Positions 40,228 through 51,984 are shown, counted from the stretch's first letter. The stretch: 64,000 nucleotides of DNA from Octopus vulgaris (GCA_951406725.2 OX597833.1:1674001-1738000); one strand, 5' to 3'. The notes: generated from the sequence alone by a model not told the origin. Translations and numbers: made by a program.

Positions 40228-42315
40228 ATGAAAGAAGACATCGCAGAATTCTGCAGAAAATTAAGACTTACTGAGGAGCTATACGATAAATACAACGAGG
40301 ACGAATCGTTAGCCAGAAATAGGAGTAACTACACCCCCTCGAAAGGTAAGAATAAAACACTTGATGATTTCTGTGACCACATATCAAATTACCCATATCA
40401 ACATATGCACAAACAAAAACACAAACCAAACTTCAGCAAAAAAGAATGGGCTGAGTTGAACAAATTAAAACTAGATAAAACAATAACAATCAAAGAGGCC
40501 GATAAAGGGAGTGCTGTTGTCTTAATGGATACGACATTTTACATAACTTTGGTACTTTCTATGCTGGAAGACACAACATACTATGAAAAGGCACAAAACT
40601 ACAGTCAACAAAAAATAATGAGGGAACTAAAATCCATATTAAACCCATACAAAGCAGGGCTCACCGACAAAGAATATGATTATATGACCAATTTCACAAG
40701 TAAAACTAGCCAATTCTACGGTATACCTAAGATCCACAAAAGTGAAAAAATAAGCAACGCATGCAAGATAGCTACAGACAAAATAATTAAAGTCCCTAAT
40801 CCTAATGACCTCAAATTGAGACCCATAATAGCAGGTCCCGCATGCGAAACCCACCGCCTCAGTAACTTTTTAGACACCCTGTTAAAACCACTCCTCAAAC
40901 ATGTCAAAAGCTATATAAGGGACGACTTAGATATGCTCAATCACCTACCGAATACTATAAACAAAAACACCATACTGGTATCCTTCGATGTAGTCAACCT
41001 CTACTCCAATATCCCCCACAACCTAGGACTAGAGGCAATCCAATTCTGGCTAGAGAATCACGCCAACGAACTACCACACCGCATCAAAAAAGAATTTGTG
41101 ATAGAAGGGGTTAAATTCATCCTGGAAAATAACTTCTTCGCCTTCAATGACAACTTCTACCGACAAAAATCGGGGACTGCGATGGGTACACGAATGGCCC
41201 CCTCCTTTGCCAACCTAGTCATAGGATACCTAGAGATCAGTCTGTATCGTAAGGTTCTAGAAAGATATGGCAGCCCTTTCTCCATCTACATAGAAAACAA
41301 CTGGAAGAGATATCTAGATGACTGTTTCATCCTTTGGCATAAAAATATAGAAAAACTCATAGAATTCCAGAAAATTTTAAACGGACTGGACGTAAACATC
41401 CAATTCACGATGGAATATAGCCAACAACAACTCCCCTTCCTCGATATCCTCATTAAGAAAGCTAATAATATAATAGAAACAGACATATACTATAAGCCTA
41501 CAGACTCTAAGCAATATCTTCCATTCAATTCATGCCACCCCAGACACACCAGGATGAATATCCCCTTCAATCTAGCAAAAAGGATATGCACTATAGTCTC
41601 TAACGCAAACACCAGAGACACACGACTACAAGAACTAAAAGATACCCTAATCACCAGGAACTATCCACCTTCACTTATTGACAAGTGCATTCAACGTGCC
41701 CTTCAACTTAACATCAAGGAACTGAGACATCCCAAATCAAAGAAAAACTTACAACCAAAAGCCTTACCATACATCTCCACACACAACCCTCTCAATAACG
41801 AAGCTTTCGACACCATCCTCCACAACATACCCCTCCTAAAAAAAGACCACAGAATGAACACAATCCTCCAAACACACACGATCATAAAAAGCAAAAGACA
41901 GCCTAGATCCATGAAAAGTCTCCTTACACAAGCCCGAATTCACTCTTCAACACAGAAGCCGACAGTAAAAAAATGTGGAAGACCCAATTGCGGGATATGC
42001 GACTATCTAATCGAGGGTTCGGAGTTCTCCTTCAAACAGGGACAACGGTTTACAGTGAAAAGCAACTTCACATGTGCTTCGGAGAACCTAATATACTCAC
42101 TAACCTGCTCCGGGTGTCAAGAGCAGTACATAGGCCAAACAAAAAATGGTTTGCGTAAACGAATGGCCCTGCACAGATCCCAGATAAAAATTCCCCAAAA
42201 CAGAAAAATAGCTTTTAGCCAACACATAGATACTTGCGCCAACAAAAAAACACCAAACTTCAGAATTTTCCCCTCTACCAATTTAGGGACGATACAACCT
42301 CGAGACAAAGAATAA
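40228..42315 (+). CDS. Penelope-like reverse transcriptase + GIY-YIG endonuclease (frame open from 40027; true stop probably 42380)
   Basis: ADKG, LRPII, SFDVVNLYSNIP, GTAMGTRMAPSFANL, RYLDD (YLDD 41311-41322), FLDI, YKPT, SCHP, NLIY..CxxC..YIGQT..R..H; upstream in frame IINLT and LSKGLKFTPTP. Confidence 0.96.
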   Translation: MKEDIAEFCRKLRLTEELYDKYNEDESLARNRSNYTPSKGKNKTLDDFCDHISNYPYQHMHKQKHKPNFSKKEWAELNKLKLDKTITIKEADKGSAVVLMDTTFYITLVLSMLEDTTYYEKAQNYSQQKIMRELKSILNPYKAGLTDKEYDYMTNFTSKTSQFYGIPKIHKSEKISNACKIATDKIIKVPNPNDLKLRPIIAGPACETHRLSNFLDTLLKPLLKHVKSYIRDDLDMLNHLPNTINKNTILVSFDVVNLYSNIPHNLGLEAIQFWLENHANELPHRIKKEFVIEGVKFILENNFFAFNDNFYRQKSGTAMGTRMAPSFANLVIGYLEISLYRKVLERYGSPFSIYIENNWKRYLDDCFILWHKNIEKLIEFQKILNGLDVNIQFTMEYSQQQLPFLDILIKKANNIIETDIYYKPTDSKQYLPFNSCHPRHTRMNIPFNLAKRICTIVSNANTRDTRLQELKDTLITRNYPPSLIDKCIQRALQLNIKELRHPKSKKNLQPKALPYISTHNPLNNEAFDTILHNIPLLKKDHRMNTILQTHTIIKSKRQPRSMKSLLTQARIHSSTQKPTVKKCGRPNCGICDYLIEGSEFSFKQGQRFTVKSNFTCASENLIYSLTCSGCQEQYIGQTKNGLRKRMALHRSQIKIPQNRKIAFSQHIDTCANKKTPNFRIFPSTNLGTIQPRDKE

Positions 42316-43082
42316 GTAAAGAAAATCTCTTTATTACAAAATACAAGCCACTTCTTAACGGGTCTACGACAAACAATTAATATACCTCAACTTTAGAATA
42401 AAAGAAAAAAATATATATACACACACAAATACTACACTCCATAGAATCCATTACTAATCAGCCCCTTCATAGCTATATTTACACCCATTCATATTCTCCT
42501 TCTCTGTTTTTTTCTTCTTCTTCTTCTTCATCATCATCGTTATCATCATCATCGGCGTCATCATCATCACCACCATCATCACCACCATCTTCTCCTTCTC
42601 CTTCTTCTTCTTCTTCTTCTTCTTCTTCTTCTTCTTCATCATCATCGTTATCATCATCATCGTCGTCATAATCATCACCACCATCACCATCATCTTCTCC
42701 TTCTTCTTCTTCTTCTTCTTCTTCTTCTTCTTCTTCTTCTTCTTCTTCTCCACCCCCTACCCCTTAAGTTTGTCACTAATGTTTTTTAGTATAACACCTA
42801 CGCTAATTCTATAAACAATCCTGAATTGAACTGAGACTGCCAGCCGCCACTGACCATTCAAAATACGACCATCAGGGCACTCCCAGATTCTCCCACCCCC
42901 TTTCCTCACCAGCCTTCCCTCTACTACCCTACCAAGAACTCACAACTACCTCGAACACACAAGTGCAAACAAGGGAGTCAGAGAAAGGCAGAATGCCACT
43001 TAAATCTGAACACTACTATAGAAATATTCTTTTAAAAAAACTTTTCTTCTAATTTTTCTAAAAATAAATTTAATTATTTAAT

Positions 43083-43130
43083 CGTTACAGTTGAAAAGGT
43101 CTCAAAATGACCGAAACCGGTACTGAAATG
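43083..43130 (+). ncRNA. Minimal type I hammerhead ribozyme (U3-A8 core) at the PLE 3' end
   Basis: cgttacag-TTGAAAA-ggtc tcaaaat gacc-GAAA-ccgg-TA-ctgaaatg: stem I 7 of 8 bp, stem II 4 bp, palindromic stem III, GUA cleavage triplet. Confidence 0.75.
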
Positions 43131-43207
43131 TTCACTATAAAATTATTTTAGCATTTTCTATTTTTTACTTGTTTTTTTCATATATATATATATACATATA
43201 TATATGA

Positions 43208-43248
<41 letters not shown>

Positions 43249-43276
43249 TATATGAGTGTGTCTGTGTGAATATCTG

Positions 43277-43403
<127 letters not shown>

Positions 43404-43956
43404 AAACAGAGAGAAAGAATAGAGAGTGAAGACGACCATATAATTACATCCTTGTCATGATGGAGTCCCTAATTTTTCGTGAATTGAGCATAATAAGCTT
43501 ACAACTGGCGCGGGGAAATTAATTGCTTCACGCTGAGAAGATTTGTGAATTAGATTTCCTAATTAGCGGCCAGAAGATAAAGCAGATGATTGATAGAACT
43601 CTATTGCCGTCACAGACAGACAAATATACTTATATTGATTGGTCTGTTTGCTTCTATATATGTCTTTAGGTATTTTTCTTTCTGTCTTTTACTTGCCTCG
43701 GTTAATGGACTGTGGCAACGCCTTCAAGAATTTTAATTGAAGGATTCGATGACGTTAAACCTGGCACTTATTCTAGCGGTTTCTTTTGCCGAACCACCAT
43801 CTAACACGGAGATAAACCGCCACATGCATTAAATGTTACCCGTCTCGAACTAAATGTTAATAAATTTACTCCTAATATAGGATGAAATTTCTTTTTCCAA
43901 AAGAAATTTCATCAAAGTGGCCAACATATTAAAATACCTTTAAAGGTGAAAATTAT

Positions 43957-44152
43957 AAAAGAAAAAAAGATTTCTATGCCAATATGCCAAGAATAGACTT
44001 TCGTCACTCACCACATTACCATATACATTCTGTTAGCTTGCCTTCCTCGATTTCAACTCGACGTGTATTCATGGTGAATGTATATTGTAATGTGGAGATT
44101 GAAGATTTAAAGTCTATTCTCAGCATATTGGCATAGAAATCTCTTTTCTTTT
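43957..44152. repeat. Imperfect inverted repeat (~70-bp arms)
   Basis: agatttctatgccaatatgc..agaatagacttt..ccacattac.atatacattc versus its reverse complement at 44076-44152. Confidence 0.75.
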
Positions 44153-44162
44153 GTCCTCTTTT

Positions 44163-44216
<54 letters not shown>

Positions 44217-44385
44217 GCTGTTAGCTTTGTTTTTCCTTGGGGCTGGCCAGATTGGAGCAATCTCAAGATTAATCAGCCGATATTGCGAGGATGATCCGGT
44301 TCTTGACTGAAGATTAATGTTTTTGAATGACCCGTCCGTGTTTTTTGTATCGTCTTCTGGATGTTTTGCGTTCTTGTCCCAGTTT

Positions 44386-44451
<66 letters not shown>

Positions 44452-45082
44452 CGTGTGTGTGTGTGTGTGTATGTATGTATATATGTTTATACATATGTAT
44501 ATACACACATGCAAACATATATATACAAATATATCTATACATGAACTTGTTCCTTTCTGAACCCGCTCATTTTGTCCAGTGACGTTTCCATGACAGAACC
44601 ATTCCTAGACTATTGTTTTGGTGATAGCGATCATCTGCCTGCCTCGTCGCATCCCATTCAAGTGAGATCTGATCTTTGGAAAGACGGGGTAGACGTAAGG
44701 GACGAGACCTGGGGAAAATGGCGATTGTCGCACATGGTGGGTGTTGCGTTTAGCCTAAATCTGCTGCTGTAGCTGTGAGGAATGGGTAGGCGCGCCTGTC
44801 ATGGGGGGAGATGCTGCTCACCGGACGCATGCAGTTCTGTCCTGTCCGACGACCGTATTCTATAGGTTTTACTTCCAAGCTTTGCTTGAAGAAGCGGTAG
44901 TGACCCGAGAAGGTTATAACATAACGTGCATCCACGACGAAGTTCAAGATCAATGTGTGCTATGCGGTTTCACTCTCTCTAATTTAGTTCCGTTACCATA
45001 GCAACCGTACTAAGACTTTCTAATCAGACCTCGTATATATATATATATATATGTCTGTGTATGTGTGTGTGTATGTGTGTAC

Positions 45083-45155
<73 letters not shown>

Positions 45156-45201
45156 TGTATATATATATATATATGTATATATATGCATATATATGTATAT
45201 G

Positions 45202-45291
<90 letters not shown>

Positions 45292-45342
45292 ATATATATA
45301 TGTGTATATATATATATATACATGCGTATACATACTTATATA

Positions 45343-45398
<56 letters not shown>

Positions 45399-45410
45399 CA
45401 TGCGTATACA

Positions 45411-45491
<81 letters not shown>

Positions 45492-45500
45492 TGTATACAT

Positions 45501-45544
<44 letters not shown>

Positions 45545-46625
45545 GCATGTATGTATGTATGTATACATGTATTTATGTATGAACGTGTTTGGGTCTGTGG
45601 TTGGTTGGGTGAGCTAGTTAATAGACGAACAGAATAATTAGAAGAGAAGAAATCTGAGAGATATGGATGGGGGTTTGTTTGCTGTGAATTAAATGAAGTG
45701 GTATTGGAAGGATCAAATGAAAAGGGGGGGGGCATTAGTAATAAATTAGGGGGATGTTAATTGTGTGCATGTAATTGATTGCGTGTTTGTGCTTGCAACT
45801 TTCGGAAACGAGGCTATTTTTAGTCCGTTTGACTCTGAAGGTTAAAATTGATTAGAAAATTCCAACTCCTGCTTTTGCAAGATTAATAGAATTATCTTAC
45901 TGAGAAGTATCGTGTAATTGTGCGATTGTCGGAAATGAATATTGATTTCTGACTACTGGAATTGACGGAATCGTCAGAATTCAGGGAATTATACAGACTG
46001 GCTTACACCGTTTGTTCCGATTGTATGAGCTATGAGTTCAAATCTCGCAGAGGTGTACATTGAATTTCATCCTTGAATTGAACCGCTTATTTTAATTATC
46101 GTGTCGTTTGCTTTCGTGAATTGCATTTTCAGAAGTTCCGTATTGACAGAACTGTCATTTGGATCCAGTGGAATCTTCCAGAGACAAATTTCCCGAGCGA
46201 AACTGAGCAAACCGCCGTCGTCATATCCGGACATTTAAACCTTCATTTCCATAGTCTGAAAGAATATTTTCTCGCCGATTCCATTTCTAAAACCCCCTTT
46301 TAGATTCACACAATATGCTCCCTCCAAACCTATTTTAAAAATGTAACAGTCATATTACTTGAATCAATTTTTTGTAAAGAATTCCTCAAAGAAAGAAAAA
46401 AGAGCATTAGGATTTTAAAATATTATTCTTATTTTCCAGTAGGTACAAAATACATCCACTCAAAGAAAGGTCGAAAATGTGGCAGGAATTTCTTTTCTAA
46501 TTAATAATTTTTGTTAATGAATTTCACGTCATCAAGACATGTGAACGTTTGATTGAATTTTAAAGCGTTAACAAAAATAACCCTTTAATATCTGAATAAA
46601 ATGAGTAAACAAATCAGAAAATATA

Positions 46626-47222
46626 CGAGGGGATGCCCAAAAGTTCCTGACATTGAGGGTATCGCGAAAGGTGTCGTTGGAGACCCAACCTACCGAGTTC
46701 TTTTACAGGGCTTAGAAAAAAAACTGAGGGACCGCTGTGAATCAGAGAGGAATATCTTTATATATAAAAGTGAGGTTGTGTGCTGTCTGTCTCCTACGAT
46801 TTAGATTCCTAACTACTCCCACATTTTGCGGTGCAGTTTAACCAAAACCGGGTATCTTATAGTCGTGATTCATATCGAGCCCTTCTGGGTATTAGCGCGC
46901 GTCTACGATGAGTCTACGATTAAAAAAAAAATTACCATCAATTTTTCCCATTTTTAATGCATTTTTAGCATATATAAGGGAGGTAACTCTCTAAAAATTT
47001 ATTAAATCTCAGAACGCAAAAAGCTACCGTAACAACCCCCCCTTTTGTGGTTAGCCATATTGAGATGGCTATTATACTTTACATCTCTAAAAATGCTTAT
47101 ATAGTTATTTCCCTTACAAACCCGAGCAACGCCGGGCGATACTGCTAGTTTTGAATAAAATCATTACTGATTCTCTTCTATTTTCTTTTATCCAAAGCCG
47201 GAAACTTCTCAGCACCCAGTCG
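46626..47222. mobile_element. Mariner-type MITE (same family as 7575-7801) interrupted by a Helitron
   Basis: TA-flanked TIRs cgaggggatgcccaaaagttcctg / ccggaaacttctcagcacccagtcg; internal ttttacagggcttagaaaaa is shared with the 7575 copy. Confidence 0.75.
46755..47148 (+). mobile_element. Non-autonomous Helitron
   Basis: 5' TC after A, 3' CTAG before T, subterminal hairpin cccgagcaacgccggg, no TSD. Confidence 0.88.
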
Positions 47223-47244
47223 TATATTTAAGGAATTGTAGATA

Positions 47245-47445
47245 GATCGGTTTCAAATTTGGCACAAGGCTAGCAATTTCCGGGAGGGATTAAGTCAATT
47301 AAATCGAACGCCACCATTCGACTGGCCCTTATTTATCCCGATTGGATGAAAATCAATGTCGGCACCAGCAAAATTTCAACTCTGAACATAAAGACGGGCG
47401 AAAAGCCGCAAAGCATTTCGCTCGGCGTGGTAACAATTCTGCCTG
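47245..47445 (-). mobile_element. Degenerate SINE family C
   Basis: Diverged reverse complement of the 2210-2426 type sequence. Confidence 0.55.
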
Positions 47446-48091
47446 CGGCTCGACAAACGCCACGCGTATAATTTTAAAGTTATTATCGCAGAGAGGAAAA
47501 TTAAATTTTGAGAGCACACACTAAATATGTCATATCAATAAGGATAAAAAACGTCTCACATATTATATTGATTACATAGTATAAACTTGATAAATATATC
47601 TTGTGGGACCGTGCAATAAAATTGTTAAAATGGCCACGTAGTACATCTAATAAATCTTAAATATCGCCCTCTTGCCTGTAAAAGTATTTATAATAAGCTA
47701 TTTATTTATAATGGCTTTTTATATACCAGAAAGTGATTGTAGATATTAAGTGACAAATCTCATGGTATTTACTCGTAATTAATTGAAACTCGAATGAAAT
47801 AAATTATCTTAATTTTTTCGAATTCTAGTTTAAATTTACATAAATTGATATTATCAAGAGTTATAGCCATCGAAATTGCAAGTGCTGGTTACAATGTGTG
47901 TTTTTATATAATGATTTGAGATAATCTAAAATTCAAATACAGAATTTCTGGTGATACAATATTTAGAGGCAGCATTATTATCTCAATAGCTATTGTTTAA
48001 TAAAAGTGTACTGTCTACTTTTACTAAATTCTATAAATTATAGAATCAGATTTGGAATAAATATGACGCAAGAAAACCTAACATACAATTA

Positions 48092-48477
48092 TCTCTCTAT
48101 ATATAAACGGCAGTTTGTCTGTGTGTGTTTCTGTGTGTCTGTTTTCTTGTACCCTCACTCTGACCACGGCTTTCACCCAATTCTGATGAGACTTGACACA
48201 CACATAGCCCAATGTCATAATTCAAAACTAACGCAGCGAAAATTTTGAAAAGTTCCCCCAGTTCTGAAAAAGATCGATAAATTCGACATGGGGTCGACAA
48301 TCAGAAACACAAACCACAAATGGTCTAGGGGACGCAACTCGAACTTTTTAACTATCAAAAAAAAATTTACCATCAATTTTTTCCCCATTTTTTTGCTATT
48401 TTTTGGCTATAACTCTCTAAAAATGCTTTATAGTTATTTCCCTTACAAACCCGAGCAACGCCGGGCGATACTGCTAG
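48092..48477 (+). mobile_element. Non-autonomous Helitron
   Basis: A|TCtctctatatataaa start; 3' end cccgagcaacgccgggcgatactgCTAG|T identical to 46755-47148. Confidence 0.88.
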
Positions 48478-48569
48478 TGTATATATAAAACCTGTAAAAT
48501 ACAATAAAATAAATCATACATATACAGTATAAACGTGTAACCAACGATGGAAAGTCGGTAGCTAATGGA

Positions 48570-48908
48570 GGTAGTTTCAGAGTTTTATATTTGATTTTAA
48601 AAAATGAAATGTGGTTGGAGAGTGTGTTTTGTATAGGTGAAATACACCGAAAAATGGCGACACAGCAGTGAAAAAATCGTAAAAGATAGGTATTTTCATA
48701 GAAAAATGCATCTTTTTAATGTAAATAATTTTTGGTGTTAACATGGTCCGATTTGATTTTTTTCTTCTACGGAAGGAAGAGCAAGCCTTCTTCTATCATA
48801 CTTTCAATTTTAGTCAACTTGCGCCGCAGGGTCTCGGAGGAGATAGTGTTAGTTGAAGGCTACCAAACCTGCCATGCACAGACAATTTCAGCTTTATATA
48901 TATAAAGA
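48570..48908 (-). mobile_element. Helitron-like element, 5' part (3' end not found)
   Basis: Minus strand starts A|TCtttatatatataaagctgaaattgtctgtg, similar to the 5' ends of the other two Helitrons. Confidence 0.55.
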
Positions 48909-49603
48909 TTTCATTTTTCATTACTATATATACTTAGAACATAAACGAAGAAGCAACGACAGATATAAATACTTATGAAAGCAAAACGTTTAATTTTATG
49001 GAAGACGGATAGGGGGCTGCTTTGGTGCAATTAAAAGCTCGCTTGTCATAATTACTGACGACATATGTTTCGACCCCGCACAAACTTCTCTCTGCTTCCT
49101 GCTCAAAGCATTTAACATCAATATATTAACAGATATCATCTGTAACTGTAAGCGGTACGACGATACAAGATACGCCGATGAATGATTTATTATATATGAA
49201 TAATAACAAACACACACACATACTCACACATACACACATGACACACACGTATGTATGTATGTATGTATGTATGTATGTATGTATGTATGTATGCATGTAT
49301 GCATGCATGTATGTATGTATGTATGTATGTATGTATGTATGTATGTGTGTGTGTATGTATGCATGCATGTATGTATGTATGTGTGTATGTATGTATGTAT
49401 GTATGTATGTATGTATGTATGTATGTATGTGTGTGTATGTATGTATGTATGTTTGTTTGTTTGTATGTATGTGTATGTATGTATGTTTGTATGTATGTGT
49501 ATGTATGTATATCTATGCGTGTTTGTATACACGCACCCTCAGTCACATCTAGTGACAACAGAATTTTTCCATTTCGATTTATATTACGTACAACCTCCTT
49601 CAT

Positions 49604-49645
<42 letters not shown>

Positions 49646-50115
49646 ATTAGCTAAATATCTTTGTATCCATTATTAAGCTTTCAACATGCTCTTTCAGAGC
49701 ACTAATACCTAATTTTGATTAATTACTATTCATGCTTTCTCATCATATCTTACTGATTACAAGACATAATTCTATTATACTTCACTTTCACTATTTCTTA
49801 ACAACCTACCATTGTCCAATGCACGTTGGAATTTATATTTCTGTGTCATTATAAATGATTTATTGGATTTTGTGTATACAGGATGTACAATGCACATGCA
49901 TTCACTGTGATTTCAACGTATTATACAAGATTTATGTAAACGTGTACATTAATTTCAACGGTTTGCTTAAAGTTTCTACAACCTAACATGGTTCATTATC
50001 AGTAATCTCCTTAAGTGGATTAGAAAGAGTTGAAGCGCTGGCTGTAATAAAACGATATCCATACGGCTCTCATTATTACATTGCTACCAATAATGTATAG
50101 CTCCGCTACTGTTAT

Positions 50116-50499
50116 GGGAAGCACTCCGTCGGTTACGACGACGAGGGTTTCGGTTGATCCGATCAACGGAACAGCCTGCTTGTGAAATTAACGTGTAAGT
50201 GGCTGAGCACTCCACAGACACGTGTACCCATAACGTAGTTCTCGGGGATGATTCAGCCTGACACAGAGAGTGACAAGGCCGGCCCTTTGAAATACAGGTA
50301 CAACAGAAACAGGAAGTAAGAGTTAGAGAAAGTTGTGGTGAAAGAGTACAGCAGGGATCACCACCACCTCCTGCCGGAGCCTCGTGGAGCTTTAGGTGTT
50401 TTCACTCAATAAACACTCACAACGCCCGATCTGGGAATCGAAACCGCGATCCTACGACCGCAAGTCCGCTGCCCTAACCACTGGGCCATTGCGCCTCCT
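50116..50499 (-). mobile_element. SINE family B, full length
   Basis: 11-bp TSD gctactgttat at 50105-50115 and 50500-50510; intact tRNA head. Confidence 0.9.
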
Positions 50500-50965
50500 G
50501 CTACTGTTATACGTACATTCTAAAACGATTGCAAAAACATATACGTCCACCTCCTCCTCCTCCTCATCATCATCATCATCAATAACATTTAACACTCCGT
50601 TTTGCATGCTTGCAAGCAGGAGAAGCTGCACCAGACTCCAATTATCTCTTGCTGGAGTCGATTCTGCGGCTGAACACCCTTCCTAAAGCCACTCAGTGTA
50701 CAGAGTGTACTGGGTGCAATTTACGTGAGACCAGCACGGCTACCTTTTACGTTGCAGCAGCACGTACATGTACTTCTTATGAAACGCAGAGATATTTACA
50801 TATATATATATATATATGTAATAATTTGAGGGAATATTATTCTTAACTTACAGGGAAAAATTCAATTTAGAAGTACTAAATCAAATTTCACAACATATAT
50901 AATATATATTTTGAATGTAATTTACTTGTTCATTTTGAATTGATAAAAGCTGTATTTTTTCTAAT

Positions 50966-51028
<63 letters not shown>

Positions 51029-51091
51029 TTTTCCTCAATATGTATGTATATATAATTAAATATATATATACATATGTATGTATATATATGT

Positions 51092-51228
<137 letters not shown>

Positions 51229-51544
51229 CATATGAGGGAGACGAGTGCGTCTTTGCGTGCTTGTGTTCGTGCGGATGCGGCATGTTTATGTATATGTGTG
51301 TGTGTGTTATATTTCCAAGTTTTGCCTTAGTTGCTTTGAGAAACTGTCACTTTGATGAAGTCAAAGAATCCATGCCTACCTTTCAAGTTTACAGTCACAG
51401 CTTTGCTTATTATAAGAATACAGATAGTGAATAATATTAAACGATCTTTCAATCGATGTCTTACTGTTTCGCTTCTCTTAAATTTTGTTTTGCTATTTCA
51501 ATATCAAGCACTTATCACATTTTGAAGCGTCATTAGTGGAAAAT

Positions 51545-51790
51545 TTACGTCTCAAGAAGAGTCCGTGCCCTCAATGCAGAGGATCTGTTCCGAAGAGTGC
51601 AGTTTTGTGGGCGGTACTTGATAAGTTGTAGAGAAAATGCACATTTTCCAATATAAATTGTTTCAAGCGATGAGACGCCGTTCAAGAATTTGGACCTGGA
51701 GATCTCCATTTCCAGCGACTTCGAGGGCCACCTCCCAGTGGTGTCGGGCGTCAACGAAGAACCCTCGACTACAACAAAACGACCAAAGCT
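51545..51790 (-). mobile_element. Possible RTE-type LINE ORF C-terminal fragment
   Basis: Frameshifted ..LTPD..WEVAL..RWKWRS..GVSSLE resembles the WE..A.DR..WR..GV..FE motif; weak. Confidence 0.35.
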
Positions 51791-51984
51791 TTTTTTTCCC
51801 AAGGTCTGGGGTCTCCCACCCCTAAGCCCTAGACCATCACCTAATCACCCTTACCCAACAGCGATGAACCTACATTTGATTTAAAACACCCGCCACAACT
51901 GCGCATACTGATGATTGCAGATACTGACAATCGGCAGATTACGAGGGAACAAGATATTTATTTTACACTTGTTTATCAGCAAAA

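Larger units (their letters stand above)
37486..43187 (+). mobile_element. Penelope-like retroelement (Neptune type), 5'-truncated, with inverted 3' copy (inverted pseudo-LTR)
   Basis: RT + C-terminal GIY-YIG ORF; CxxxxCxxC linker (CGRPNCGIC); inverted arms 37512-39088 and 41616-43187; terminal hammerheads; inserted in (TA)n. Confidence 0.95.

Noticed and set aside
40027-42380. Selenocysteine recoding, as reported for some PLE clades
   Set aside because: No in-frame TGA in ORF2 and no SECIS recognised.
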